Source: Catajapyx aquilonaris (lineage: Eukaryota). Taken from it: a stretch of 63,019 nt of DNA. The DNA lies in NCBI GenBank assembly GCA_000934665.2, contig KZ538558.1:1-63019 (forward strand), in the 5' to 3' direction. A program made the translations under genes and the position numbers. The notes beneath the pieces were generated by a model. It did not search any database, was not told where the DNA came from, and saw only the letters and a program-made list of their open reading frames with translations. Position 1 is the first letter of the stretch; the number at the start of each line of letters is the position of its first letter. This document shows, in pieces, positions 24,998 to 40,910 of the stretch.

Positions 24998-27900
24998 TAT
25001 ATAGGTTAACATCTGATATAGGCGCATGTGCTTCCCAGCAGCTGCATGAGTGTGAGCTGCGATTATTCATCGTTGAATTATGTACAATGTAACTGTTAGC
25101 ATATTCGGAAAAGGGCTCATTAAATTTCAATGAATCTGAGCCTGGCTTCGGCAAGGATGATGTATCAAGTACCGCTTGAATGCACAAAATGCAAGGGTAT
25201 ATCTTCTGCACCTGAGTGTTGTTGGCCTGATTTAAACGCGGTCAGAAAAATATTATCTGGACCCCCACATTCGGTGGGGGCCAAACAAAAATAGTTTAAT
25301 TGCGGTCTAAATTTGGGATGCAGCAGCTGGAGGTCCAGCAGGTATTGGGCCGAGCTCCTTTTTGTATACAAGTATTAGAAAAAGGGATAATAATGTTTTA
25401 AAAAAAGAAAGAGAAAAGAGAAGAGCTATCTTTTGAACCGCGTTGCATGCGTGTGTTGTATCAGCTGCCCCACTTCTGCTGTGGTCTTTTTAAGCCCACC
25501 CAAAATTATTTTCAACAACACAAGTGTCGTTTATCTCTACACGTAATCTCACTGTCAGCAGAACAGGGGGGGAAAGGGGAAGGGGATAACAACGTGATCT
25601 GCAGGTCGAGGCAACACTGGCGATATATGATTTCTAAATTAGATAAATCGCAACAATTTCCACAGCGTGCAACTTTCATAATTAGAGTCTGAAATATAGC
25701 TCCAATCTGCTCGATTCTTCGTGGCATATTTATTTGCCTTATGGTGTTCCTATTGTTAGTTACAAATAGGCGGGCTTGCAAATCTGGCAATAACAGTGAC
25801 TCGAAGTTAATTCGTGCAATCATGTATCGAGCACAGCACAAGTCCACAGCAATTACTCGACATATATCAGCCCTAATAGTTTATTCTAATCGCCCCACAA
25901 CAGAGTCGGAACCCGCAACAATATTGAGCTCGCAATAACACGAGTTACTGAGCATTATATATATAGTACACCCTTCGCAATTTAGCTATATACATTTCTT
26001 ATTCCCGAGGCCGCGGCAACAGACCCACGTGTTAGGGCCACCCAATTTGGCGGAATATGTTAATATGAAATTCGCAGGGATCAACGCTAGGGGGAAATTG
26101 TCCGCAAAGGACTCGCATTTGTGCGTTCTAATCTGCGTATATATTGACCTATAGCTGGACTCGTGTAATGTAATAAATTGGGGCCGAATCTATGTGGCCT
26201 AATCTTTCCCAACTGCTGGGGTGTGTTTGCTGCTGGGCTGGCCTGACGTCAAGGGGAGGGAGAGGCGGTGGGTCCTTTTGCATTATTTGGTGGTGACAGG
26301 GCGTGTGGTCCGGCGTGTGACGTCACGGCGGCGACTCCGTGCCCGGATTGGAGATGGCCTCATCTTTTCCGGCCTGCTGCTGAATGGTGCTGCTGGTGTG
26401 TGGTGTGGAGGATGCTGGGGTACATGGAGGGGGGGGGGGCCCATCATCATCATGCAGGCAGCAGTGCAAGAATACGCAATCTCCACGCAAACCACACTGG
26501 GGAGGATTGGCCACCAGCAGAATCAAATCATATGCTCCCCTCCTCTCTTCATATTATGTATATAACGCACGTCATGTTCGGTGCAGAAGTGGCTACACAA
26601 GTGAGACAAAACAGCAACAACCGGATTTGGGTTATTCGCGACGCAAATTCGTTCTGATATTTTGCGAGAATTTCACAGGCTTCAAACTCCTGTTGTGTCC
26701 AATTTTTACTGCAAGCAGCAATACATTTTTATGACAAAATTTTCAACGAGAATGTTATAGAAATGAGCAGTCAGCTGAGAGAGAATATCTTGCAATTTCA
26801 TTGGAAGTTGAAAAATAATCAATATCCACCTGAAATAATCAGACAGCACAGAACGCAATAGCTGTGTAGAGTATAAAATGTCGTCAGTGCGGCTATGACT
26901 GACTGTAATATCTCAATCATCGACAAATAAATTCGCGAAATATGTGCTGTTATATCCGGATGCAACTGTATTTTCAGAAACCAGTTACATCCTTGGCTAT
27001 TAGGTTCTATATTGGCACATATTATTATATAATGACATCAGCCGCGAGGACAAGTAGTTCAAGTTCAGCCAATACGACTCGACAAATGATTTGTAGCGTA
27101 CAAATTTCCCGAGTTTTGAAATTCTAACCCCACGTGCTCACTAGCAGAATTCAATATCTCATTTATATCCTAACGGCATCGTAAAATCTTGCGTTTAGTG
27201 TCTGTGCGATGCGATGCGATTGTCGATAAAATAAGAGCAGCGTTGTTTCCGCCCGTAATAATAATGAAGTAGAGAGCACATGTACTGTATAAAGGAGCGG
27301 CGAGCATTGAAAAGGTAATCTGCTGACAGACCTTAGTGTATGTATGGCATGCAGCCACGTGCAGAAAATGGTGGGAAAATGTGAACGGAACAGCAGGCAA
27401 TTACTTGCGACCACTGATGCTTATCTCACACGAAATCTAATCTCCTTCTCTTGTCTACCTAACCGTCGGATTTATTATGCTCTCCTGTACGTACAAGCAG
27501 ACAAGACTTGTTCCTTTTGGGCTAATCAGGCGTCAGGAATTGATTTGATAGGACTACTATCGGCTGGATTTTGCGATCTGGAATCGTGGAGTGAGTTGGT
27601 AAACCGGGTTGTTATCCGGCCAGGCAGATCAAATAATGCCTTTTGCGCAGACCAACTCGCATTAATCTAATCCATGCAAAGTAGGAGGTGATGATCAGGC
27701 AAGCCCGCAGCCTCCGAATCGATTGGCTGCCTCTGCGCCGCGGAAAGAGAGACACAAAAAAAAAAATGTGAATCCGATTGGTTCTATTCCCAGGTAGAAT
27801 ATGTGCACAAAAAGGAGCAAGTGTGTGTGTGTGGTGGAATCCGATGGTTTGGTATAGGGCAGGTGTCCCGTTTGCAGGAAGAAGGGGCCCAGTCCGGAAT

Positions 27901-30900
27901 AATATATGGGCTAACCTGGATTCAAACCCACCACCACCGCCGCCACCATTCTTTTCTTTCTCTACTTCCACAGCACCTGCCGACCCCCCGGGACACGCAC
28001 CGCCCTGTCATGTACAGGGTGTTCCATCACGGATATACAGCCTGTACGACACTATACCATCGCCTATATAGCGGCCAGAAAATTGGTGCGGGGCCCCCTC
28101 GAATGGAACATACCATCTTGGCTTTATGTTGACATTGACCGGCTTATTTCGGCTTAGACGAGCCCCCTCAATCCCCACCGTCTTGTCACTTACATTTTTT
28201 TTTTATCTGTCTCTCTGACAAGGCGAAAACATGGCATGAACGGACGAAGAGAGAGAGACCATCCCCCGGAAACAAGAGATTAAATGCGCAGGTGCCAAAG
28301 TATTACTCTGATGGGGCTGGGCGTGTTGCTTATTGCAATGGCTGCAGGGATTCGGTGTAATATGATGATGGGGGTCCAGCCAGGCAGCATCCAAGTGTGT
28401 CGCGTCTGGAGATTACGAGCCCCCGGCACAGAACGTTCGGCCTGAACCCCCAAAGGCTCATCTCGCAGCACGTGTCCCCCACATCATATGTGACATGTGT
28501 ACATCAAGGGGAGGGGCTTTCTGGAGCACATATGTGTGGCGCTTTCCGGCTCATGCTGGAAGTGATATCTAGGGGGGTCGTCAGGGGCCAAACTTTTGTC
28601 AGGCTCCATTGTTACAAAGGCCTCATATTGTCGCGACGTGTCAATATTTCTAGGGTTCAGGCTGTCCGAGCCAGCTGGGTCGCACCTATTGCACCGTGAC
28701 TGATGCCGAAATGCTGCATATATTCCAAAATAATATTCGTACAATGCGGTATAGTAGCAATATTGGCAACTGCAGGTTCAGGTTGCTGATTTTTAAACGC
28801 TCTCTCATGCAAACAGTGGTTTTAAAAATAGTTTCACAAAAATAGCAATCTGCTTGTGTGTACACGACATAATCCAAGCATAATAGTCGCATGCCCCACA
28901 TTATAGGCCACACAGCGTAAGAAGATCGAGTCTGATTATAACTCGGCCTGCAAAAATATCGCGATGACTCAAAACCGCGCCTGCAAACCCCAACATGGCC
29001 GTCGTACAGGGTGTGCACAAAACGTGTCATTTTGAAAAGGCGACGTCGCCAACTTGTGATGGCGCGATTGGGTTTGTCCATCCGTGACGTCACAGGGAGT
29101 GTCCCCTCCCCACCTTCCCTCCCTCCCCTGGCTGGCATTCCGGTCGCCGCCCCTGTGCCTTTTGTTCCCGAAGACAAGGCGTGGAGACATGTCCGCGTCA
29201 CTTCCGCCACCAGACCCCTCCCCTTAAAAAACTCTCAAAGAATAAGGAAGGAGAGAAGCTAGAAGAAGAAGAAGAAGAAAATTTTTCTCTTTCTCTTTTC
29301 CCTGAGCTTTCTAGCTGGGCGTCGCGACGCGTCTTCCTCCCAACATCGGCCTTCCCTTTTCCTTCTCTCCCCCTCCCCTTTTCCAACTCCCGGACTCATT
29401 TTCGGAACGAAGACACCCGCCGGATCCGGCGACGTGCCCGGAATACTCGGCCGCCGTGTGTGTCCGGAGGCCCCTCCGGAGAAAACGGGATATCGACTTT
29501 CCCCCCTCCCTCCCCACCCCTCACCAGACAAAGTGCCAGTTCGAAATTTTGGAGCGCCTTCATCCTTATTCCCTCCTTTCCTACCACCCAACCCAGCAGC
29601 AGCACCTTTTGCCAGCAACTATACTCATATACCCAGCCAGCAATGGATTAATCACACAACAATGCCACACTATTCGTCCACATAGGAATGCATCGGGCCA
29701 ATTTTATGGATGCAATTGAGTGCGGCAGATATATCAGCAGGCAGCATTTGAGAGAGAGCAGAGGACGGGAAGCGCCTAATTGGATTAATTACACCTTTTA
29801 TTGCCAGAGTAAGCAGATGTGAAAAGCGGCTAAATATTTCGCAATTAGCGGTTGGGGGTAGCCGATTCCGCCGTTCAAATCTCCCCCCNCCCCCCCCCCC
29901 CCCCCACATGTTTTTTCTATGCGACGCCGCATCGACGCACCAAGTCGTCCTAACCTATCGGGCCAGGATATCCGGATATCAAACATTTTTATAGTATATA
30001 AAAAATAAACCGCTCGCTTTAAACAAAAGTGTGCAAATATGCAATTTGCACGTTATGTTCACTGCTGCTCGGTCTGAAATAATATTTTCTCTATAATTTA
30101 TTTGTATTGTCCCTGCACTTCGGAGGTTTCTCACTCGGCACTTGAAATATGACTCGCTTATTTGAATAAAACTGTCCAGGACATCGATTAAAATTTTAAA
30201 GCAATTTGTAGTCAAATTGTGGTTACAATATTGCTTACATCAAAAACGACGGCTGTTCGGCAGTATCAATGAAAATGAAAAGAAAAAACGTATGTATATT
30301 ATTCATAATCCATTAATTACACAATATTGTCCTTAATTTTCATACCCACAACTTGGCCTAATAATGTCATTCACGTGCCATGCAAGTTAATGTGACCCAT
30401 GAACGTTACTTTAAACTGAATTCACTGAAAACTTGCCGGGGTATTATTGCGGCTATTTGTTGTTGGCAGTAGTTCCAACGCTATCGTGGGAATTTTTTTG
30501 GGTCCCTATTTGTACCTTACACGTCCGTAATGAACGCAGGTAATTGGCCTATAATTTTCTATCGACTCCACATATATAGGCGGAGAGGAGAGGCGAGATG
30601 TCGCTCTCCCGGATTCCCCTCCATGCTCGCAACGACCGGATGATTAATGATCTGCACCGCGATAATTGCGACATTTATCCCCCCCCCCCTCCCTTACCCC
30701 ACCAACCAGCCTCAACATTCTCACTATACGATATCGACAAATCCGCGCCTTTCTGCTTTGGTTTCTCACTCCTTTTAATTTTGTAAAAAATTCTGTGGCT
30801 CATCTTCCCATCTTCACTTTTTTAGTTTGGGCAAAAATCCGGGCAAGAACTGGAATCGCAAATGTTTTGTATGACAAATGATGTTTATTCTGCCCTTAGA

Positions 30901-33802
30901 GTACAAGTGTCAGGCGAATCAGCCTCATTACCCGCCTCCATTTCTTCTTAAAATTCGGCCAACTATCGCCATATTTTGTTTCATAAAAAAAAAAATGCTC
31001 GACTCCCGCTCGAGTTCTCACTAAATCTTAGTTATGGTACAACACTGGCTTCTCCCACCGAAGGCATCTTTTCCACGACAGTATGGAGGTAAAATAAGAA
31101 TAATGTTATTATCATAATAAAGTGTTTTATCATCAGTATAGTACAGTGACACAGGTTCAGGAGGGGGTACTTTTTTTAGATTCACTCTTGGGGGGGCAGA
31201 GGGGGGGACAAACTAACATTTTTTGGGGGGAGAAGGGCAAGGGGGGCACTCGCTCTGGAACCAAGTTCGGGGCGTCATAGTTCGGTGGCTACTATCTATC
31301 TGTCAGGTAGAAACCTATCTATACAAAGGAAATTGTGGGGAGGGGAAAGTATTGGGTTTGGTTGAGCACACAACAACGTATGACAAAAATAGTCTGATCC
31401 AGACGTGGCAACGCTGGTTTAGTCAAAAAACAATTGATTGGGGGTACAAAGGGGGGGTCGTGTTTTGTGGGTGCGGGGAAGGGAGATAGATAAATTTGAT
31501 AGATAGATAGATGCCGGACCAATCACACAAAAATAATAAATGGTATAATCATTGGCGGCAAGGTGTCGCTTTCAACAAGCGTTTTGATTTCCATTTTTAC
31601 GATTTTTTTATTTTACAAACGTTTACAACTGGAGGGGGGGGGGGGAGGAAAAGTGTGAAGTGGATTCTCAAATTTTGTTTGCTTTTTTTTCTCTCATATA
31701 CTTTTTGGGGATTAAGAAAAAAGTGAGGCGCCGATTCCGCTTTTTCTTTGGACATACATCGTGACATGTACAGGGTGAGGCACGATCGGAGCTTAGAAGA
31801 TTCCGGTCAGACCACAATAATTTTAAAAAAACAATAACATTACAGTAAAATTCCCAACGTAATAATATGCACTGTAGCATCAATTATTACAGTTTGTGAA
31901 AATTGTGCAACGTTCATATTTGTGTGAATTATTGTGCTTAAAACAGCTGTTGTTATTATTATAAACGGAGTTTTTTTTTGGAAATTTGGCGGTTATTTCT
32001 AAACTTGGCTGTAGAGCCAAAAAACGCCAATAATATTTCTTCGTCCAAAAAATGCGGAATAAAAAGACCGCAAATTGGTCGTTTCCGCCAGCAGCACCGT
32101 AATAAATTGGCCCAAAATATTTGGCTATACATTTAATAAACAGCTGTCAGCTATTACAGCAAAACACCATTTTTTTTTCTTTTTGCAAACTCCGATCCGG
32201 GCCTGACCCCCACGGGCAACAATCAAAACTGGCATACCTGTGCGCGGTCCCTTTTACATATAGTTTTAAAAGCGCGTGTAAAATAATCACTCCCGGGATG
32301 TCGTCAAACTCTTTAAGCTTTTTTAGTGCGCTTTTAACAAGCGTCAAATGAGAAATCGCAGGTGAGAACAAAAAGGGCAACACCACACGTGCAACGCGTG
32401 CACACATCGATTTTTACCCCTCCCTTATGTACTTTGAAGCGTGAAACTCATGCTCATTTTTTGGAGCACGAGGTGTTGTTTTTCCTAATTGAATGTCGAG
32501 CCTCCTCTGTTTATGACTCTTATTTATCCCCCGACCGCGCAATGTTTTATTCCGCGACTATTATTTTAACACGCTGTCGTTTGTTCCCACACTTTAATTG
32601 CGACAAATAGCTCTTATTACAGCATACTTATATCAACTTCTCCCAAAGATTGGGTTGGATTAATTTAAAAAAAGCTTCTTTTGCTCTCGAATTTGCTCAC
32701 CGACGTGCGAATCCAGCTCGCCAATTTTTTTTTTTGCGAAAAAAGTAGGGGCGCATCCCCCCCTCCTCTCCTGGTTGACTTGCCACGCCCAGGGAGAGGG
32801 GGGGTGAGGTGGTAGAAAATTGTAGAGAGAGGTAGAGAGGGGGGGGGTATATAGTGGAGATGCGCCCCTTTAACTCATTTGCATTCTGCCCGCTTTTGGC
32901 GAATTTCTCCCCCGCTCGCAATTTGGCCCAAGCCGCTGCCAACTCTCCGGAGTCCCCGGAAAACGAAGCCTTCCTTCCTTCCCCCCTCACGCCTTTATCC
33001 CCTCCCCCTCACCCTCTCTCTATCTATTCCCAGGGACTCTATACAACAAAAAAAGAAGGGGGGGGGGTGCACATACTCGCCAAAAAAAAAAAAAATTGGC
33101 GCAAGATGGCCCAAGTTCCACTTCCGCTTGGATTCAGAGCAGGGCCCGATGGCCACTGGTATGCCAGTTTGATACGTCAGTAAATATCAATCGCACGCCA
33201 CTGCACAACTACAGGGTGGCTCACTGTGTACAGCTGGCTCCACCGATTTCTTTTCTCTTTTTTTGGGATAAAAAACCCCCCTTTCCATAGGAAAGATCCA
33301 AACAGCTGAGCACAAAAAAAAAATGGAACCAAAAACTTCGGCTTAGAACCTAAAAGCAAGTTTTGCTCATTCCCCCCCAAAAAACAACGCAAGTGTGTGT
33401 TTAAAATGCGGGCGAATAGTCACAGGCACCAGTTGTATGAAAGCAAACTAAGCTTAAATTTCCAAAACTGTAATAATTCGAAATTTGTCTTAATTTGCGT
33501 TAGCACAACCTCGCCTTTTTTTAAAAAAATGCGATTATCCATCGATATGCATGTCCAATCAAAAAAGCGGAATCGGGTGAAACCAGAGAAAACAACATAA
33601 AGGTGCAACCACAAAACTGTTCAAACTTAAAAATTGACAACATTGACTTTTGCGGTGACTCAAAAAAAAAAAGACCGGCACGAGTCTAAAAACCTGTCGT
33701 AATAAGTAATGCCTCTTTTTTTTTTACGCCTCTGGCCTTAAAAATGGTCGGTGTTACGAACACAAACACTGAAAATAGTTTAAGGAGGGGGGGGGGGGGG
33801 GC

Positions 33803-33958
33803 NNNNNNNNNNNNNNNNNNNNNNNNNNNNNNNNNNNNNNNNNNNNNNNNNNNNNNNNNNNNNNNNNNNNNNNNNNNNNNNNNNNNNNNNNNNNNNNNNN
33901 NNNNNNNNNNNNNNNNNNNNNNNNNNNNNNNNNNNNNNNNNNNNNNNNNNNNNNNNNN
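33803..33958. other. Assembly gap within a poly-G tract (probable POU3 3' UTR region)
   Basis: N run flanked by G homopolymers. Confidence 0.95.
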
Positions 33959-35414
33959 GGGGGGGGGGCAATTATTATTATTAATTTTTTTTTTGAAAGT
34001 TTTCAGTTGAGGGGGGGTGGGATTTTTGAGAATAAGGGACACTGTCTATTCAGCTCACCATCACTCGCGCTGACTGCCGATGCACGTCGTGTTTGTACCG
34101 GAAAATGCTGTAGTGGTGCTCGTCGCATTGTTGTCTCTCCTTCCCAGGATGAGTCCAACGCAGTGCAGTCCGAGTGGCGGCCGGCCGACGAATCATTACT
34201 CTCTTTTTTTTTTTAAATCGACAAACACTGGCAACCCACAACACACTTGTCTTCACCAAAAAAAAATATATTTTAAAACAAACTGGTCTTGGGAGGGTTA
34301 GGGGGAGGGCGTGTAAGAAGTGTCAGGTAAAGGATTAAACTTTCTGTATCCCGCAAGTTCGGTCCGCCTCTCATTCCTCTCTTGCGCCAAATTTTTTTTG
34401 GCAAATTTTGGCAACAACGCCGGTCCCTCTCAACCCCTTTTTCCCCCCACCCTCTGAATGGCCGTTGAAAAGAATTGTTGCTGGATTGTTGCTGGATGGG
34501 GGGAGGGTAGGAAAGGTGAGGTGGAAAGGGGGGGTATCCCGTTGCTTTTTGGGCAAGGCATCATCATCATCATCGCCGTTCAGAAGTGAAGGAGGCCCGG
34601 TCTGTCTGGATGCCCTCACGTCCTGCGGGTCGGCGTGGGTTTCCCGCCGGACCAAAAGGCAACAAGGGAGAAAGAGAGGGCCTCCCTTCTTCTTTCTTTT
34701 TTTGATTCGCACCTGGATTGCGGCCCAGTAAAAATTTTTTGGACAAAAAGAGAGAAACGAGCGGCTGTGTTTCGTGGAGGGGGATTGGTGAGGGGCATGG
34801 GGGGGGGGGGCTTAAGTTTTCGTGTGNGGGGGGGGGGGCTTCAGTTTTCGTGTGTGGTGTAGGGGGAGAGAGGGGGGGGGGATGAAAACAACACGACACA
34901 ATAAAATAATAATAGTTAATAATCACCTTGGCACACATATTTGGCAATTCTATACAGGCGCAGTTTTTGGAGGGTTGAGGGAAGGTCTCTCTGTGTATGT
35001 GTATTTGTATATGTTGTGTGTGTGTGTGGTTGGGGGGAGGGCAAATGGGAATCCGGGTCTACGATAAAAGTATATTTTGCAAGTGTACTTTTTTCCTTCT
35101 CTCTCTCTCTCTCGATCTGGTGGGGGGAGGGCAATAACTTGTTGTAATTCTGTCCGCCTAGAGCGATAGTCCGATGTCTAAGTGTTGGTTTGTGGTGCTG
35201 TCTCTGCGTGGGTCCAGCAGCAGCAGCAGTAGCAGCAGCAACAGGATGAGGAGGAGGAGGATGAAGGATGGTTGTGGTGTTGTTGTTGTGTTGTTGGTAG
35301 AGGAGGAGGAGGAGGATCGGTGTGAATAAGGACAGGTGAGGAGGAGGGTGGTATGTACATGGAGGAGGAGGAGGAAGAAGAAGGTGATGGTGTTTGTAGG
35401 GGTGAGCCAGGGGG

Positions 35415-36809
<1,395 letters not shown>

Positions 36810-37147
36810 CTACAAAAGTATACGGCCCCAGGCAGAGCCGCAGGAACGCATCCACCCGCCACACCGTACTACAACCCGACGAATACACCGCACCAGAGCA
36901 CACCAGCACCAACAACAACAACCAAAAAAAAAGAAGCAACCGACGAATATTGTAATATATTATATAAAAAAAACGAGCACACAAGTCACCACCGATCCTC
37001 CAGGTCACGCGGTGCGAATGTTAATCGAGCGTGTGTGTGTGTGTCTGTGTGTCCCCCGAAAACTTGGATTGTCGAGTATAGTTACACCAGTAGGGGCAGG
37101 AGGCAGCAGCCGCGGCCCCCCTGCAACCCGGCGTTGGGGTCCTTAAC

Positions 37148-37220
37148 CGGCTGCGTCCGCGACCGCACTGCTCGCGTCCAGAGTCGCGGCGATAGTGGTG
37201 AGGTAGGCGGCCGACGCCAT
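37148..37220 (-). CDS. vvl: Probable first coding exon of the POU3/vvl gene (MASAAYLTTIAATLDASSAVADAAG)
   Basis: The ATG at 37220 is in frame with the POU ORF (offset 537 nt from ATG 36683). The peptide resembles the Vvl N-terminus (MAATSY..). Donor G|GTTAAG at 37148/37147 and acceptor CTCAG|GT at 36803/36802 rebuild a GGT codon across a 345-nt intron. Unspliced, the ORF stops at TAA 37145-37143. Confidence 0.6.
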
Positions 37221-37399
37221 TTGCCAGCCTTAAAAGAGAGCGCGCTCTGCCGCGACTGGCGCTGCTGTAGCTCCTCCGATGGATGGATGGATGGATGGAT
37301 GGTGGTGGTGGTGGTGGGGAGCAGCACGCAGCAGCCCGAGCGGCCAGAAGGCAGCCAGGCAATGACGGGGGATGCAGCGCCAAACAGCTCCTCCCGTTT

Positions 37400-37650
37400 T
37401 GAACGGAGGGCTACGTAGGTGGCGCTAGGCTACGAGCCGGCTGCGGAGCTAAGCCCGGCCCAGCGTGCGCCTGGCCGTGGGGGAGAGCGAGGCGGGTGTG
37501 TGGCTGCGGAATGGAGACAGCCAGCCAGCCAGCCAGCCAGCCATTCACTCCGCCCTCGGCGCGGCTGCACGCTAGCGCAGAGCCATTGGCTGCCACCCTT
37601 GCCCTCCCATCCACGCGTCACCCGACACCCACACTCCCATTGGGCAGATT
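37400..37650 (-). promoter_or_regulatory. Putative TATA-less proximal promoter of the POU3 gene
   Basis: CpG-rich segment upstream of the ATG at 37220. It has two minus-strand CCAAT boxes (37589-37585, 37643-37639), a GC box GGGCGG (~37555-37550), an Inr-like CCATTCC (~37514) and a CTCF-like TAGGTGGCGCT (37416-37426). Confidence 0.45.
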
Positions 37651-40168
37651 GTTGCTGGAGGAGCACACGGCGGGGGAGTCTGAAGGGGGGAAACCAGGGA
37701 GCACAGCAGCACACACTCGGACAGATTTGCTCCGGAGAGGAGGATGCTGCCGGATTCTGCTGCTGCACTCATGCCACGAGCTACTGATAGACCAACAGAT
37801 GGGGAGAAACATCCTGCAATGCAATGTCAAGTGACCCATAATCCACATCCTTCCCATTAGGTACACAACATTGTCTCTCTAAAAAAGCAGTCTCGCTGTT
37901 TCAATCTTTAGCAATGTTCGGGGGGTGTGTAAACATATTTACCGATGTAAAAATATGGTAATGGATTGTTTTCTCATACAGCACTTTAAAGGGAATGGAT
38001 TATATCCTGACAAGTGAATGACGTGTGCTGATTTCAACTGGATCAGTACTGGGACATAAGCAATACTTTTGCTTGCCTTCCACTTTTAGGACTTTGAGTG
38101 ATGCTGCGCACTGATCATATCGTAATATGTGTGGAGGGCTGAATACTGAATACAAAACGCTAATAAATTGTTAAACCGGGATTTTTCCATTACAATATAT
38201 AGGCTATTAGACCTATACTAGCAGTCCAGTAGGTTATAGTACCTATATAGGTACTGTACATAAATAATTTTGTTCCAGCTGTTTATATAATTGCATATCC
38301 TTCTTCACCAGAAATAGTGAGCCGAACAATCAACCAACACTGAACAGCAGTATATAATTCAGTTAGTCTGCTAAATAAAGAAAAAGCAGCCGAAATTAAC
38401 TCCAATGCGAATGTGACCATCATACATGTGCTATATATATCGCGAACTCTTTCGATGAATATCGCCGGTATATATTGCATTCATCCTTGGCAGTGAGAAT
38501 GGTGCAATTTAACCCTAGCGACACTCTGTAGGTGTTGTTATTCCGTAATGAGATCAGCCTAGACCTGCAGAACATATGCACTGGTGTATGCAAATAAGCC
38601 AATCGTGTGTGTGTGTGTGATGGCAGCATATACTGCCTGCGAATGCACCAGATCCATCCGATATGAACTGGTTACACACCTCAGCAGGTGTCAGAACGTG
38701 TCCTTATTCTTCATCCCAGCACATGTTCCGTTTGCAAATATATACGCATCAAGGACGTTTATCTCTCGCTCTCTTTTTTAAGCAGGCTGTACTTTTGGTG
38801 CACCTTATACGACCTTTTGACTGGAGCGGTACTCGAGTGTGGTAAGCACAGCGTACCCTTGCCTGCCGGACAAGAGAGGCTGCTGGCTCCTGATTAATTC
38901 AGGAGGGTGTGCTGAGTATATAGTTCAGGGAGCGAATGACGCAGATCGCTTTGCACCTGTGACCTCGGACACCTTTTAGCAGTGGGCAGCATGCATTTGG
39001 CGAGTGATCCATTCCCTTGAATCCGCGAGTAGTTAGTTGCCCTGTAGCCAGGCTGCAATCAATCAGAAGAGGACTCGGACACCACAAAGGGGGTGAGGAG
39101 GATCATATAATAGGTGGGGGGACGCGGAGGTGATAAATCGAGAGGAGGGAAAGGGAGAAGCGCCCTTGCTGCTGCTGCTGCTGCTGCTTTAGGCTCCCGA
39201 GTTACGCGACGTGAGATATACTAGGTGGGAGATGAAGGGGGGAGAGGGAGGGAGGGAGAGAAATGATCCTGTCTGGGATGCTGCTCCTTCCAAATGTGGT
39301 CGTGGGGGTGTGCTTCGGGGCATGGGATCAACATTCGCGCCATCTCTTGACTGGAAAGGGAGCCCTGCATCTCTCGCGTCGCATGTTACACGCAGCATCA
39401 GCAGACTCTCTCTCTCGCAGCATCAACCCATGACGGATAGATTGCATGGACCGCGATCGATCTCGGATCAAACGCTTCTCTCGCTCATTTGCATCCGTCC
39501 GACTGAGGGGGGGTTTCTATTCCATGACCGAATTCGACGAACGACCATGTTGTGGATGCCGGAGGATTATTATCGCGGCTGATGGGGGGGAAAGACAGAA
39601 AAAAAGAAAAATGACGGGGGGAACACAAACAAGCAATTTTTTTCCCACCTGGTATACGCTTGCACTTCATTAATCAATGCCATTTCAATAATTAATTTCA
39701 TGCCTCGTGATATAGGCGGATGACCTCTTATGCCAGCAGGTTTCCACTTGAACTTGAACTCTGAACTTGAACCTTTAGCTATTAGAATTATTTTAATATT
39801 AGTTCATTGAAATGGTGCTTCAACCGCACAATACAGTAATTAGTTCGTGTAACTAACCATATGTTAGGGAATATCTTTAAAACTATTACGTGGACCATTT
39901 CCATTACAGTTTTAAATACTGTAATGGGAAGTCAAAGATGTTCATATCCCCCCCTCCCCTTCCGTATATCCACCAAGTGACAAAATATTGGAAATGAAAG
40001 GAGAAACTTAAGAAAATAAATACGAATGAATTTCCTATATAGAATACTAACTTGTAAAGAACTTTACACTGTGCATGCTTTTTATACGACGCCAGTACTT
40101 TATAAAAATCCGCAAATTAGATCAAATATTTTTAGAGCATATATGTAAAATAATGTTCTGGCCTGTTC

Positions 40169-40847
40169 CAGTTGACTTCGGATATAACAGTCTCGGCTAT
40201 AACGGACTTTCAGTTTTAACAGACTCGAAAGGCTCGGTAAACTTCCATGCCTAAGGGCTAAGGCCCTGTGTATTTTTTACTCCTATATGTCCTATAGCTG
40301 ATACAACAGGCGACTCATTTTCGCCTCACCTCAGGCATATACGTAACAAGACTATTTGTTTTGGCCTCTCGGAGGATAAATATGCGGCTGTTTTTGATTA
40401 TTATCTTCATTTCTCATGCACAGGAATGCAGAAAATACTGGAGGGGGGTGATATTCGCATCTGTCATTGATCAAAGCTACTTAAAATCATTCATTTTCTG
40501 GTATATTTGGCAACTATACATGGGAAGACAGAGGGGAGGCGGAGTGGTGCTGCGGAAACGTATGCGCCCACGGATGTTAAGGTCCCGGGTTCGAACCCAG
40601 CCCGGGGACACCCCCTTCATCTCGTGCAGAGTTAAGAGTCGTCTCTGACTTCGTCTTGGGTGGAATTTCCTTAGACTAATCCACCCGGGGGAGCTCACAA
40701 AACGACCACACATTTCAGACAAGGCACTGCACTTGCATATTCCCTCCTGTCATCCCAACCTGCCCATGGGCGCGGGCATTGTAAAAATAGGTTTCAAAAT
40801 TGTAACACCTCAAATAATAAAGGTCTGGCTGAAACCCCCCTATCACC

Positions 40848-40910
<63 letters not shown>

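Noticed and set aside
4063..33958. Poly-G/C tracts as functional G-quadruplex elements
   Set aside because: They coincide with N gaps, so their true length and sequence are unknown. They are common throughout the window and no specific claim is supportable.
34798..34856. 28-bp tandem duplication (G-run + cttMagttttcgtgtg)
   Set aside because: The two copies are joined at a single N (34827) next to poly-G, so this is probably an assembly overlap artefact.
40533..40610. tRNA gene
   Set aside because: It has A/B boxes but no convincing cloverleaf, and it continues into a body with an (ATT)n tail, so it is a SINE head.
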